NCBI GenBank assembly: GCA_963699925.1
Contig: CAVOVT010000007.1
Span: 368,173 to 432,172 of the forward strand
Length of the DNA stretch: 64,000 nt
Direction: 5' to 3'
From: an uncultured Gammaproteobacteria bacterium
Lineage (GTDB): Bacteria > Pseudomonadota > Gammaproteobacteria > Steroidobacterales > Rariloculaceae
The notes under the pieces are model-generated. The model saw only the letters and a program-made list of their open reading frames with translations, did no database searches and was not told the origin of the DNA. Shown here in pieces: positions 51,133 to 63,114 of the stretch (its first letter is position 1; every line of letters begins with the position of its first letter). A program made the translations under genes and the position numbers.

Positions 51133-51414
51133 ATGGAAAGCCAACCGCAGGGAGATTCGATGAGCATGACGCCCTCCTCCGCCCGGAAGCGATCGCGCAG
51201 CAGCGCGGCCTCGGCCGGAGACACCAAGCGCCCCACCCCAAAGTCCTCCGCAGCCGTGACCCGGAGCGTGTCGGCCGATCAGCGCCACGCAATGATCTCC
51301 GAGTCCGCCTATCGGCGCGCCGAGGCGCGCGGGTTCGAGGGCGGCGACCCGGTACGAGACTGGCTCGACGGCGAAAAAGAGGTCGACGCGCTGCTGTCGC
51401 GGGCTGCCGACTAG
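51133..51414 (+). CDS. DUF2934 domain protein
   Basis: It has ISESAYRRAEARGFEGGDPVRDWLDGEKEV after a basic, Ser-rich N-terminus. Confidence 0.75.
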   Translation: MESQPQGDSMSMTPSSARKRSRSSAASAGDTKRPTPKSSAAVTRSVSADQRHAMISESAYRRAEARGFEGGDPVRDWLDGEKEVDALLSRAAD

Positions 51415-51449
51415 GGGCATCGTCGAGCGGCGCGGCCGTAGCGCACCGC

Positions 51450-52088
51450 TCAGTGCTTCATGAAATAGTGGACGATCGCTAGCAGGATCGCCCACGTGGC
51501 CGCCGACGCGATCACGATCGCGGCGGTGGCGCCTACGAGTCCCACGAGCACGACGACACCGTCGCGCTCCGTGATGCCTACTGCGATCACGGCTGCGGCC
51601 GCCCCGGGCGGCATGTTGCCGATCAGCGGTATGGGCAGGACCATGATCACGCCGAGCACGAGCACGACCACGCCGACGAGCACCCTCGCGAGCGGCGCGG
51701 CGAAGATCTGAAACCTCGGGCGGCAGATCCGCTCGAGACGCTCGAGCAGCGGCAGCATTCGATCGACCACGCGGCGCAGGTCCGACCGCGCGATGCTCTT
51801 CTGCGTGATCGCGCGCGGCAGCCATAGCTTGCGGCGCAGCACGATCAGGTTCAGCGCGATGATCGCGAGCGCGGCGCCGCAGACCGTCGGAATCCCGGGC
51901 GGCATCGGCAGCGCACACGGCAGCGAAAAGATCAGCATCGCGAAGCCGAATGCGCGCTGCCGGAGGTTGGCGAGGATCTCTCCGAAGGTGATGCGCTCGC
52001 CGCCGGAGTAAGCGAGATCGCGCAGCACTTCCGAGGTGCGCGCCGGCGAATCGACGGCGTGCGCGGCTCCGTGGTCGTCACTGTGCAT
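51450..52088 (-). CDS. exopolysaccharide biosynthesis protein ExoD family (membrane)
   Basis: It has ERITFGEILANLRQRAFGFAMLIFSLPCALPMPPGIPTVCG...WLPRAITQKSIARSDL. The start is at MHSDDHG (52088), inside the longer shadow ORF 51450..52892. Confidence 0.8.
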   Translation of the reverse strand: MHSDDHGAAHAVDSPARTSEVLRDLAYSGGERITFGEILANLRQRAFGFAMLIFSLPCALPMPPGIPTVCGAALAIIALNLIVLRRKLWLPRAITQKSIARSDLRRVVDRMLPLLERLERICRPRFQIFAAPLARVLVGVVVLVLGVIMVLPIPLIGNMPPGAAAAVIAVGITERDGVVVLVGLVGATAAIVIASAATWAILLAIVHYFMKH

Positions 52089-52118
52089 TCGGATGCTTGC
52101 TGTCCCAAGCGCCGCGCG

Positions 52119-52748
52119 ATGGCCTATTCTAGTCGTACGCCGCGCAACCCGAGTAACGACGTGATCTCCAGCGCCGTTTTGCTGTTCTTCGTGATCGACC
52201 CGTTCGGACTGATTCCGGTCTACGTCGCGTTGCTCGGCCGGGTGCCGCCGGAGCGGCGGTTGCCGATTCTCGTGCGCGAGCTCCTGATCGCGCTGCTCGC
52301 GCTGGTGCTGTTCTTGTTCGCCGGGCGCTATGTGCTCGCGGCGCTGCATATCTCGGAGCCCGCGCTGCTGATCTCGGGTGCCTTGATCCTTTTCCTCGTC
52401 GCGCTGCCGATGATCTTTCCGTCCGTGAAGCTGCGCCTCGAATCGGAGGATCAGGCCGAGCCGCTGATCGTTCCGCTCGCGACGCCCCTGTTCGCGGGCC
52501 CGTCCGCGCTCACGCTCGTGATGCTGATCGGCAGCGGCACGAGCGAGTGGCCGGAACGCCTCGGCACGGTGCTGATCGCGTGGGCTTGTGCCGCGGTGAT
52601 ACTGCTGCTCGGCAGCACGATCGCCGCGCGGATCGGCGCGCGCGGGTTGATCGCCGTCGAGCGCCTCATGGGCCTGTTCCTCGTCGCGATGTCGGTCGAG
52701 ATGCTGCTCGACGGCATCACGCGCTATTCCGCGACGCTGGCCCGCTAG
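52119..52748 (+). CDS. MarC family (UPF0056) membrane protein
   Basis: It has AVLLFFVIDPFGLIPVYVALL, PLATPLFAGPSALT and further hydrophobic helices. The ORF is intact. Confidence 0.8.
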   Translation: MAYSSRTPRNPSNDVISSAVLLFFVIDPFGLIPVYVALLGRVPPERRLPILVRELLIALLALVLFLFAGRYVLAALHISEPALLISGALILFLVALPMIFPSVKLRLESEDQAEPLIVPLATPLFAGPSALTLVMLIGSGTSEWPERLGTVLIAWACAAVILLLGSTIAARIGARGLIAVERLMGLFLVAMSVEMLLDGITRYSATLAR

Positions 52749-52798
52749 ACCGATCGGCCACGTTGGGCGGCCGATACGGGCCCGCCGCGGCGGCGCGC

Positions 52799-53122
52799 TC
52801 AACGCTGCGTGAGCAGCTCGATCGACTTCAGCTTGCTGTGCTCGAACGTGAGCAGGGCCGGGAGTTGGCCGTAACCGCGATCGTACGTCCACCGCTCGAT
52901 GCGCGTCGTGCCGACGGTATTTACGGCACCGGTGCGCGCGCGCGCGCGCACGGGCACATCCTCAGTGGCTCTGCTCTGCGGCTCGCCGCACTTCGCGCGC
53001 ACCTGGTCGATGACCATGCCGATCGTCACGAGCGTAGTGCCGCAGCGCAGCGAGTCGTCTGCCGTGGCCGGCGAAGCCATTGCGAACGCTACCGAGAACA
53101 AGATGCCGATTCGTCGCTGCAT
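52799..53122 (-). CDS. DUF2845-like small secreted protein
   Basis: It has MQRRIGILFSVAFAMASPATA, CGTTLVTIGMVIDQVRAKCGEP and ERWTYDRGYGQLPALLTFEHSKLKSIE. Confidence 0.7.
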   Translation of the reverse strand: MQRRIGILFSVAFAMASPATADDSLRCGTTLVTIGMVIDQVRAKCGEPQSRATEDVPVRARARTGAVNTVGTTRIERWTYDRGYGQLPALLTFEHSKLKSIELLTQR

Positions 53123-53247
53123 GCCTTGCTCCGCCCATCGCGGCACGGCCCGCGACGAAGTTGAGGCCGGAGTATGGGGCGCCGGCGTTCGCCGGCCGAG
53201 ATCGCGAATCGCGACATCGCGCGCAGAAATGCGGCAGCGCGGCGCGC

Positions 53248-55384
53248 TCAGGCCGAGCGCAACGCAGGCACCGGACGATCGGGCGTGTGCTCGCCGCTTG
53301 CCGCGAGACGCACGAGCACGTGGAAGAGATCGTGGTCCGACAGAACCGCGAGCCGCTCGGGCGCCGAGAGCCAGCCCAGTGCTTCGTGGACGTTGCGCGC
53401 GTCGGCGAGCTTCGCGCGCGCCGTGAGATACGCGACGTCGGGCTTGCCACGCTGCGCGGGCGGGCGCGGAAGCACCGCCCCGAAATGCCGTTGGCGCGCG
53501 ACCTCGTCGCCGAGCAGCTGCTCGATCGTTACCGCATGCAACGCGGGCGCGATCTCGTCCGCGATCTCGTCGCGTCTGCGCACGACGGCCGGGATCTCGA
53601 CTTCTTCCGGAATCGTGAAGAAGCCGAAGAACCGCGCCACCTTCGCGAGAATGACGCTGCCGCTCGCGGCCGACAGCGGCAATGCGAGCACGAGGCCGAG
53701 CAGCGCGGGCGCCATCCAGGCGAGCAGCGGCAGCGACAAGAACAGCAGGCCGGCGCCCGTCGCGAGTCCCGCGACCATGTGCAGCCAATGGCGGCGCAGC
53801 AGCACGTGCCAGCGCGCGACGGCGGCACGCTGCCGGCTCTGCGGGCTCCAGCCGGAGTCCTGGCCGCGCAGGATCTCCACGATCTGGCGCGTCTGCAGCA
53901 GCATCATGATCGGCGCGTACAGCGCCGACAGCACGGTCTCCCCGATCACGCCGAGCACGAGCCTGATCGGATTGACCTTGACGACGAAGCTCGCGCGTGA
54001 AGAATCCGCGCGCAAGGCCGAGAATCTTCGGCAGCATCAGCGTCGCCATCGCGACGATGAACAGCGCGATCATCCTCTCGCTGTCGAACCGCGGCCAGCG
54101 CGGGAACAGCGACTGGTGGTCGGTGAAGTATTCGAACTGCACGGTCGCGATGTGCGCCGTCACGCCCAAGCCGACGCAGATCAGCGCGAGCCACAACGGC
54201 GAGGCGAGATAGCTCATCACGCCGATCCACATGTGGGCGCGGCTCGGCCACGTGAAGCCCGCGCTGCCGACGACCGCGAGATGCTGGATGTTGCCCTGCG
54301 CCCAACGCCGGTCGCGAGCCGCCACGTCGAGCAGCGACGGCGGGCCCTCTTCCCACGAGCCGCCGAGCGTCGGCAGCATCCGCACCGACCAGCCTGCGCG
54401 GCGCAGCAGCGCGGCCTCGACGAAGTCGTGCGACATGATCATTCCGCCGAACGGCTTGCGCCCGGGCAGCATCGGCAGGCCGGCGGCGGATGCGAACGCG
54501 CGCATGCGGATGATCGCGTTGTGTCCCCAGTAGTTGCCATCGTCTCCCGACCACGCCGCGATACCGCGCGCAACGATGGGCCCGTAGACCGACCCCGCGA
54601 ATTGCTGGAGTCGCGCGAACAGCGTGTGCCCGCCGCACAGCCGCGGCACGGTCTGCAACAGCCCGAGCTTCGGATCCGCCGCCATCTCGCGCACGAGCGT
54701 CAGAGCGTTTCCGCCGACAAGACGCTATCGGCGTCGAGCACGATCATGTAGTCGTAGCGGCCGCCCCAGCGCGTGACGAAGTCGCGCACGTTGCCGGCCT
54801 TCTTCGCGACGTTCTCGTGTCGATGCCGGTACCAGACGCGAAATTCGCCGAGCGCGTCGCGCAAGCGACTGCACTGCGGCGGTCTCCTGCACGTAGACGT
54901 CCGGATTTTGGGTGTCGGACAGCACGAAGATCTCGAAATCGGCGGCCTGCCCCGAGGCGATGAGCCCCTCGGCCATTGCGCGTAGCGAAGCGAAGGTGCG
55001 CGCAGGATCCTCGTTGTAGACCGGCATCACGAGCGCGGTACGTTGCTCGGGGAGCACGTCGCCGCTCGCGCGCCGGCCCGAACCGCCGAACAGCACGCCG
55101 GCGACGGCCGACGACGCCGCGAACGCGATCCAGCCGAACGTGATCGCGAACAGCACGACCATCACGCCCTGGAGCATCGTGACGCCGCCGACGGACACGA
55201 CCTCGATCATCTCGTGCGTCGCGTAACCCGTGAGCCCGAGCGCGCCGCCGAACGTCACGAGCCGCGCGAGCCACGTCTTCACCCTCGGCCGCGATGGCCT
55301 CTCGCGGCGCGTGTAGCGCTCGAAGCTCTGATCCGCCATCTCGAGGAGCGAGAATGGCGGGACTGCGGCCGGTCGGACCGTCAT
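53248..55384 (-). CDS. opgH: glucans biosynthesis glucosyltransferase OpgH (MdoH)
   Basis: It has [38 protein letters not shown] (read by hand) and [23 protein letters not shown]. It also has [29 protein letters not shown] and [12 protein letters not shown]. The start overlaps the opgG stop (ATGA at 55381-55384). There are about 3 frame changes. Confidence 0.85.
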
Positions 55385-56899
55385 CGGCTCCAGCGATACA
55401 GCCACGTCTCACTCCAAGGCTGATTCTTCGACATGAGCTGGAGCCGCAGCTCCACGATGTCGTTGCGCTCGGGCGCGAGCTCGAACGTCACGCGATAGGC
55501 GCCCGTATCGGTCACGACGGAGCCCCGCGGGCGACATGACCTTGCCCCGATCGCTCGACAAGTTGACCTCGATGTCGCTCGGCGGCGCGAGCGCGCCGAG
55601 AAAGTCGACGACGAACTCGCGCTGATCTCCGCTCGTCGTCGCAGCGCCGGAGCGGGTCGAGACGACCCGCGCGAGCGACGCGTCGAGCGGCTCGGCGAGC
55701 CAGCGCAACCGATAGGAGAATTCGCGTCGCCTTGCCCGCGGGCAGCGGCGTCGCCGATTGCCAATAACGCGACGATGTTGTCGTTGATCTCTTTGCCGGA
55801 CGGGATCTCGACGAGCTCGACGTGGCCCTCGCCCCAATCTCCGTGCGGCTCGACCCAAAGCGACGGACGCCGCTCGAAGTGCGCGTCGGAATCCTGATAG
55901 TCCTCGAAACGCCGCTTGCGCTGGATCAAGCCGAAGCCCTTCGGGTCGTGATCGATGAAATGCGGACACCTGTGCAATCGTGCGCGGATTCGCGAGCGGC
56001 CGCCAGACGCGCTCGCCATGGCCGGTCAGGATCTCGAGGCCGTCGGAGTCGTGCACGGCGCTGCGGAAGTCGTCGAAGCGGCCGCGCCCGGAAGACGCGT
56101 CGAAGAGGAACATCGACGTCAGCGGCGCGATGCCGAAGTTCGTGATCTGCCGGCGTGGGAACAGCGTCGCGACGACGTCGATGTCGGTTTCCGCACCGGG
56201 CGTCGCGGTGAACGTGTACGCGCCGACGACCGAGCGGCTCTGCAGCAACGCGTGGATCACGATCGCGGTCGCATGCTCGGCCGGCCGCTCGATCCAGAAG
56301 TCCGTGAATACCGGGTACTCTTCGCCCTCGGGCCGCGCGGTCCTGATCGCGAGCCCGCGGGCCGACAAGCCGTAGTTCTGGTCGCGCGCGACGGCGCGGA
56401 AATAGCTCGCGCCTTGGTACACGAGGAACTCGTCGAGCACGTCGGGCCGATTGATCGGGGCGCGGACTCGAAAGCCCGAGTAGCCGCCCTCGTCTTCGTC
56501 GCCCTGTGGCGCAGAGCCGATCTCGGGGCCGTAGTCGAAGAGATCGCTCTTGAACAGCACGCGCCGTCCCATGCCGCCGATGACGAGGTTGATGTTCACT
56601 GGCGTGTCGAAAATGTAACCGGGATGGAACAAGTCGAGGGTGAACGTGCGGTTCTGGTGCGCCCATATCGACGCACCTTTCTGAAAATGAATCGCCCGAT
56701 ACTGGTCATAGCTTAGCTTGCTGCTTGCATCCTGGGCCGTCGGCGGCTCGACATATTCTTGCTTCGCGAGCTCCTCCGCACGAGCGACCAAAATCGCGCG
56801 GCTAAAAGGCGACGCGGGCCGTTCTTGTGCATTGGCGCCGCCGGCCGCCGCAATGATCGCGACCGCGACGCCGAGCGCATTCCATTTGCGCGTCGCCAT
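55381..56899 (-). CDS. opgG: glucans biosynthesis protein OpgG (MdoG), periplasmic
   Basis: It starts [24 protein letters not shown]. It has [63 protein letters not shown] and DFWIERP. The C-terminus is [15 protein letters not shown]. There are about 3-4 frame changes. Confidence 0.85.
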
Positions 56900-57269
56900 C
56901 GAGCTCACACGTGAAAATCGCGGAGAAGACAAGCACGATCCGTACCAACGCCGGCGCGACCGGTGGGCGGACAGCGCAATCGCGGCCGCTCTCGAGCCTC
57001 GCTCACATGCGCGCGACGGAATTCGCAGGGAACCAGTCACAATCTCGGCACCGTTTCTTCGACGAGCTCGGAGGGCGGGATTGGCGATCACCCGACGGGT
57101 AATCGGGAAGGAAATTCTAGCAAACATTGCGCATCTCTTATGAGAGAGCGTGCCTGCGACTCTAGTTTGACGAGACCACGTCTTGGCCTTGCGGTCCAAG
57201 TGACGCCAATTGGCGACAGCCGGGGTAACCCGCACGCAGCCGGCGGGGCGTCCCCGATTCGGGACGGAG

Positions 57270-58455
57270 TCAGCGCGGCGCGGCGGGGGCGGCGGCGGCG
57301 AGATAGTCGAGCGCTGCCTGCAGGCCGCCTGGCTTATGGGGCACCTTGGCGAGCGAGAGTCCCATCTCGACGCCCGCGAGGGTGCCGGCGAGCATGAGAT
57401 CGTTGAAATGGCCGAGATGGCCGATCCGAAACACCTTGCCGGCGAGCCGGCCGAGCCCCGTGCCGAGCGACATGTCGAATGCGTCGAGGATCTTCGCGCG
57501 CAGCGCGTCGGCGTCGTGCCCCGGCGGCATCAGCACGGCCGTCAGCGAGCCGCTGTACTCGGCCGGCTCGAGACAGAGCACCTCGAGGCCCCAGGCGCGG
57601 ACAGCGCGCCGCGTGGCTTCGCCATGCCGCGTCGTGGCGCGCGAATACGTTCTCGAGCCCCTCTTCCGCGAGCATCGCGAGCGCCTCGCGCAGGCCGTAG
57701 AGCAGATTCGTCGCCGGCGTGTACGGGAAATAGCCCGTCTTGTTCGCCTTGAGCATGTCGTCCCAGCCCCAGAAGCTCCTCGGCAGCTTCGCCGTCTTGC
57801 TCGCGGCGAGCGCCTTCTCGGAGATCGCGTTGAAGCTCAAGCCCGGCGGCAGCATGAGCCCCTTCTGCGAGCCGCCGACGGTCACGTCGACGCCCCACGC
57901 GTCCATCCGGTAGTCGATCGAGGCGAGCGAGGAGATCGTGTCGACCAGCAGCAGCGCCGGGTGCCCCGCCGAGTCGATCGCCTTGCGCACGGCCGCGATC
58001 CGGCTCACGACGCCGGTCGAGGTCTCGTTGTGCACCACGCAGACGGCCTTGATCGTCGTCAGCGCGTGTCCTCGCGCAAGCGGTCCTCGATCGCGTTCGG
58101 GTCCGCGCCGTGCCGCCAGTCGGTCGGCAGCAGCTCGACGTCGAGCCCCAGCCGCTTCGCCATCTGCTCCCAAAGCGACGCGAATTGGCCGGTCTCGACC
58201 ATGAGCACGCGTGTCGCCCGGCGACAGCGTGTTCACGAGCGCGGCTTCCCACGCGCCCGTGCCCGACGCGGGATAGATCACGACGGGCTGCTTCGTCTTG
58301 AATACGGCCCGCACGTTTGCGAGCAGCTCGAGACCGAGCTCGCCGAACTCGGGGCCGCGGTGGTCGATCGTCGGCTGCGCCATCGCACGCAGCACACGGT
58401 CCGGGACGTTGGTCGGACCCGGGATCTGCAAAAAATGGCGACCGCTGTGAATCAT
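57270..58455 (-). CDS. class V aminotransferase (serine/alanine-glyoxylate aminotransferase family)
   Basis: It has GRHFLQIPGPTNVPDRVLRAMAQPTIDHRGPEF, IKAVCVVHNETSTGV, VDVTVGGSQKGLMLPPGLSF and GKVFRIGHLGHFNDLML. There are about 3 frame changes. Confidence 0.8.
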
Positions 58456-58535
58456 GCCTACGTCTGCTCGTTGGTTTCCGCGGCGCATACAATACAACGC
58501 CCGCCGACTCCCCCCACAACGAGCTAGCCCAAGAA

Positions 58536-61478
58536 ATGCCAGCCACTGACCTCGCGTCCTTGCAGGCGCGGCTCCGCCGCGAGATCGAAGGCGACGTGCT
58601 GTTCGGCGCCTACGACCGCGGCCGCTACTCGACCGACGCGTCGATCTACCAGATCGAGCCGCTCGGCGTCGTCGTGCCGCGCGTCCGCCGACGCGGCTGC
58701 CGCGCGCTGCAGATCGCGGCCGAGGCCGGCGTACCGCTCTTGCCGCGCGGCGCGGGCACGTCGCAATGCGGCCAGACCGTCGGCGCCGCGCTCGTGCTCG
58801 ACACGAGCAAGCACTTGCGCAATCTGCTCGAGCTCGACGTCGACGCGCGCACGGCCTGGGTCGAGCCCGGCATCGTGCTCGACGAGCTCAATGCGCGCCT
58901 CAAGCCGCACGGGCTCTGGTATCCGGTCGACGTATCGACGTCCGCGCAGGCGACGCTCGGCGGCATGACCGCGAACAACAGCTGCGGCGCGCGCTCGCTG
59001 CGCTACGGCAACATGGTGCACAACGTGCTCGCGGCCGAGACCTGGCTCACGAGCGGCGAAACGGTGACGTTCGGCGCGGTCGATCGCGACGGCGCCGCGG
59101 CGCACGCGCAGAGCTCCGCGGCCGCGACCGCGCGCCACGCCGAGCTCGTCGCGCTCGTGCGCGCGCTGCACGAGCGCGAGCGCGACGAGCTCGCGGCGCG
59201 CGTGCCGCACGTCCAGCGGCGCGTCGCGGGTTACAACCTCGACATGGCCTCGAGCGGCCGCGTTCAACATGGCGCACCTGCTCGTCGGCTCGGAGGGCAC
59301 GCTCGGCTACTTCCGCAAGCTCAAGCTGAAGCTCGCGCCGCTGCCGCGTCACAAGGCGCTCGGCATCGTGCACTTCCCGACGTTCTATCGCGCGATGGAC
59401 CTCACGCGCGAGATCGTGAAGCTCGAGCCGACGGCCGTCGAGCTCGTCGACCGCACGATGATCGGCCTGTCGCGCGAGATCGCGTCGTTCCGCGCGACGG
59501 TCGACAAGACGCATTCGCGGCGAGCCCGACGCGATCCTGCTCGTCGAGTTCGCGGGCGACGAGCTCGCGCCGCAGCTCGCGAAGCTCGAACAGCTCGCGG
59601 AGCTCATGGGCGACCTCGGCCTGCCCGGCAGCGTCGTCGAGATCGAGGATCCCGCGCTGCAGCGCGACGTCTGGGAGGTCCGCAAGGCCGGCCTCAACAT
59701 CATGATGTCGATGAAGGGCGACGGTAAGCCCGTATCGTTCATCGAGGACTGCGCCGTGCCGCTCGAGCACCTCGCGGAATACACCGACCGGCTCACGCGC
59801 GTGTTCGAGAAGCACGGCACGCGCGGCACCTGGTACGCGCACGCGTCGGTCGGCTGCCTGCACGTGCGGCCCGTGCTCGACATGCGCTCCGCGGACGGCG
59901 CGCCACCGATGCGCGCGATCGCGGAGGAAGCCTGCGCGCTCGTGAAGGAATACAAGGGCTCGTACTCGGGCGAGCACGGCGACGGGCTCGTGCGCTCGGA
60001 GTGGATCGAGCCGATGCTTGGGAGCCGGCTCGTGCGCGCGTTCGGCGAGATCAAACGCGCCTTCGACCCGAAGGGCTTGATGAATCCCGGCAAGATCGTC
60101 GCGCCGCCGAAGATGGACGACCGCGCGCTGTTCCGCTTCAAGCCCGACTACCGCACCGCGCCGCTCGCGACGGCGCTCGACTGGTCGGAGCACGAGGTCG
60201 GCGAGGCGAACCGCGGCCGAGGCTTCGCGGCCGCCGTCGAGATGTGCAACAACAACGGCCACTGCCGCAAGTTCGATGCAGGCACCATGTGCCCGTCGTA
60301 CCGCGTGACGCGCGACGAGCGGCACGTCACGCGCGGCCGCGCGAACTCGCTGCGTCTCGCGCTCTCGGGCCAGCTCGACGAGGACGGTCTCGCGTCGCGC
60401 GAGCTGTACGACACGCTCGATCTCTGCGTCTCGTGCAAGGGCTGCAAACGCGAATGCCCCACCGGCGTCGACATGGCGGGCATGAAGATCGAGTTCCTTC
60501 ACCACTATCACCGGCGTCGGCCGCGGACGCTGCACGACAAGCTCGTCGCGCACTTGCCGCGCTACGCACGCCGCGCGGCCGCGCTCGCGCCGCTGATGAA
60601 CCTGCGCGACCGCGTGCCGGGGCTCGCGGCGCTCTCGGAACGGCTCGACCGGCTTCGCCGCTCGCCGCTCGCTGCCGCGCTGGCGGCGCGACTGGTTTCG
60701 TGGGCAGCCGGAGGTGCCGGCAGCGGCGGTCGCCGCGCGCGAGGTCGTGCTGCTCGCGGACACGTTCAACACGTATTTCGAGCCCGAAAACCTGCGCGCG
60801 GCCGTGCGCGTGCTCGTGGCGGCCGGCTATCGGCCCACGGTCGCGAGCGCGGGCGGGCAGCCGCTCTGCTGCGGCCGCACGTATCTCGCGACGGGAATGG
60901 TCGACGAGGCGCGCGCCGAGGCCGCGCGCACGCTTGCCGCGCTCGCGCCGCACGTCGCGCGCGGAACCGCGGTCGTCGGGCTCGAGCCGTCGTGCGTGCT
61001 CGGTTTGCGGGACGAGTTCCGGACGCTGTTGCCGGGCGCCGCGAGCGCCGCGCTCGCCGCCGCAGCCCTCACGTTCGAGGAGTTCGTCGTGCGCGAGCGC
61101 GCGGCTGGGCGGTTCAAGCTCGAGCTGAAGCCCGCTCGCTACGTGCGCGCGCTCGTGCACGGGCACTGTCACCAGAAGGCGTTCGGCGTGATGCCGAGCG
61201 TGATCGCCGCACTCGAGCTCGTCCCGGGGCTCGCCGTCGAAACGATCGCGTCGAGCTGCTGCGGAATGGCCGGCGCCTTCGGCTACCAGCCGAGGCATGT
61301 CGACGTCTCGCTCAGGATGGCCGAGCTCTCGCTGCTGCCCGCCGTACGCGCGGCCGGCGCCGACACGATCGTCGTCGCGGACGGCACGAGCTGCCGCCAC
61401 CAGATCCACGACGGCGCCGCGCGCGAGGCGGTGCACGTCGCGCGCGTGCTCGAGGAGTGCCTACCGGCGTCGGGCTGA
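58536..61478 (+). CDS. fused FAD-binding (GlcD/DLD-like) and CCG-type Fe-S oxidoreductase, YdiJ-like (about 980 aa)
   Basis: It has PRGAGTSQCGQ, GGMTANNSCGARSLRYG, SGEHGDGLVRSE and NPGKIV. The Fe-S part has CNNNGHCRKFDAGTMCPSY and CVSCKGCKRECPTGVD. The C-terminal CCG domain has LLADTFN, GQPLCCGR, HGHCHQKA and SSCCGMAG. There are about 4 frame changes. Confidence 0.8.
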
Positions 61479-61489
61479 CGTCGGCTCGG

Positions 61490-62140
61490 TCAAGGGTTGA
61501 GGCCGAGGTCGAGCGACCAGGGCTCGGCAGCCGCCTCGGCTGCGATCGCGACGAGCGCGGGCCACTTCCAGACCGCGTCGGCGTACTGCTGGGCGCCGCG
61601 CGACAACGCAACGCCGTAAGTTCGAAAGCGGCTTACCACCGGAGCGAACATCGCATCGGCAGCGCACCACGCACCGAACAGGAAATCGCCGCCGCGCGCG
61701 TTGCGCGCGCGGCACTCGCGCCAGATCTGCTCGATGCGATCGATGTCGCGGCGCAACTCCGGCGTCTCGGGCACGGTGTGGCGCCCACGCACGTCGAGCG
61801 GCATCTGCGCGCGCAGCGCGCCGAACCCCGCATGCATCTCGGCGCTCACGCAGCGGGCGAGCGCGCGAGCTCTCGGCTCGTCGGGCCAGATGCCCGCGTC
61901 CGGCGCACGCTCGTGCAAGAACTCGGCGATCGCGATCGATTCCCAGATCACGAGGCCGTCGATGTGCAGCACGGGCACACGTCGAGTCGGGCTCAGCGCA
62001 GCGATCTTCGCCATCCCCTCCTCGGTATCGAGTGGCATCACCACCTCCGTGCACGGGATGCCGCTCTGGCGAACGAGCAGCGCGCCGCGTATCGACCACG
62101 ACGAATAGTTGCGGTTGCCGACGTACAGAATGGCGGACAT
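61490..62140 (-). CDS. glutathione S-transferase family protein
   Basis: The ORF is intact. It has NRNYSSWSIRGALLVRQSGIP, RRVPVLHIDGLVIWESIAIAEFLHE and a C-terminal helical domain. Confidence 0.85.
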   Translation of the reverse strand: MSAILYVGNRNYSSWSIRGALLVRQSGIPCTEVVMPLDTEEGMAKIAALSPTRRVPVLHIDGLVIWESIAIAEFLHERAPDAGIWPDEPRARALARCVSAEMHAGFGALRAQMPLDVRGRHTVPETPELRRDIDRIEQIWRECRARNARGGDFLFGAWCAADAMFAPVVSRFRTYGVALSRGAQQYADAVWKWPALVAIAAEAAAEPWSLDLGLNP

Positions 62141-62247
62141 GCGCGTAAGCGTACGCGACCCGCCTCGCGGCCGCGAGGCGCGGCGTTGTGTTGCCGCGGT
62201 CGGTTCGGCATATTGGCTCGAGTCACGGACCCGATCGGAGGACGCTC

Positions 62248-63114
62248 TTGGCGCATAGCGCTGGCTCGACTCGCGCGCCGTTGCGCATCATCCGGCAGCT
62301 CGCCGCGCTGCTCGCCGCGTTCTGCGCCCTCGCGATCGGCACCACGGCGCACGCGCAGTCGAGGCCGAAACCCATCGTCGCGAAGCGCACCGCCGCGGGT
62401 AAGCCCGACATCAGTGGCGTCTGGGAAGCGATGAGCGCGGCGTCCTTCAACGTCGAGGACCACGCCGCGGCTTTCGGGCCGGTGGCCGCGCTCGGCGCGC
62501 AGGGCGCCGTGCCGCCGGGCTTCGGCGTCGTCAAGGGCGAGATACCTTATCTACCGGCCGCGCTCGCGCAGCGCGACGAGAACTACAAGAACCGTCTCAC
62601 CGCCGATCCGGAGGTGAAGTGCTACCGAGCCGGAGTGCCGCGAGCGACGTACATGCCCCAGCCTTTCCAAATTTTGCAAACCGACGGCGACATTTTGATC
62701 GCGTACCAATACGCGAGCGCCGTGCGCACCATCTTCATGAAGGACCGCGGCGAAGCGCCGATCGACAGCTGGATGGGATGGTCGAACGGCCATTGGGAAG
62801 GCGACGTGCTCGTCGTGGACGTGACGGGCCAGATCGGCCAGAGCTGGCTCGACCGCGCGGGCAACTTCGCCACCGCGTCGCTGCACGTCGTCGAACGGTA
62901 CATCCCGCAGGGTCCCGACCACCTCTGGTACGAAGCGACGCTCGAGGACCCCGCGGTGTACTCGCGACCGTGGACGATCAGCCTGCCGCTCTACCGTCAC
63001 GTCGAGCCGAACGCGCAGCTGCTCGAGTTCAAGTGCGAGGAGTTCGCCGAGGAGTTGCTGTACGGCCACTTGGCCAAGAAGCCGGAGACCGCGAATGCGC
63101 CGCCGGCTCGCTGA
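62248..63114 (+). CDS. uncharacterised secreted protein, paralogue P3
   Basis: The ORF-track entry opens at 62188, but GGAGGA-N5-TTG at 62248 is the better start. It has LAALLAAFCALAIGTTAHA, VKCYRAGVPRATYMPQPF, SNGHWEGDVLVVDVTG and EFKCEEF. The ORF is intact. Confidence 0.7.
   Translation: MAHSAGSTRAPLRIIRQLAALLAAFCALAIGTTAHAQSRPKPIVAKRTAAGKPDISGVWEAMSAASFNVEDHAAAFGPVAALGAQGAVPPGFGVVKGEIPYLPAALAQRDENYKNRLTADPEVKCYRAGVPRATYMPQPFQILQTDGDILIAYQYASAVRTIFMKDRGEAPIDSWMGWSNGHWEGDVLVVDVTGQIGQSWLDRAGNFATASLHVVERYIPQGPDHLWYEATLEDPAVYSRPWTISLPLYRHVEPNAQLLEFKCEEFAEELLYGHLAKKPETANAPPAR

Noticed and set aside
51045-51292. Two minus-strand ORFs of 63 and 69 aa overlapping the DUF2934 gene.
   Set aside because: They are antisense to a recognisable DUF2934 domain (AYRRAEARGFEGGDPVRDWL) and have no motifs of their own.
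57249-57266. The hairpin CGTCCC-CGATTC-GGGACG just after the aminotransferase stop might be an intrinsic terminator.
   Set aside because: No U-tract follows on the transcribed (minus) strand, so I do not call it a terminator.
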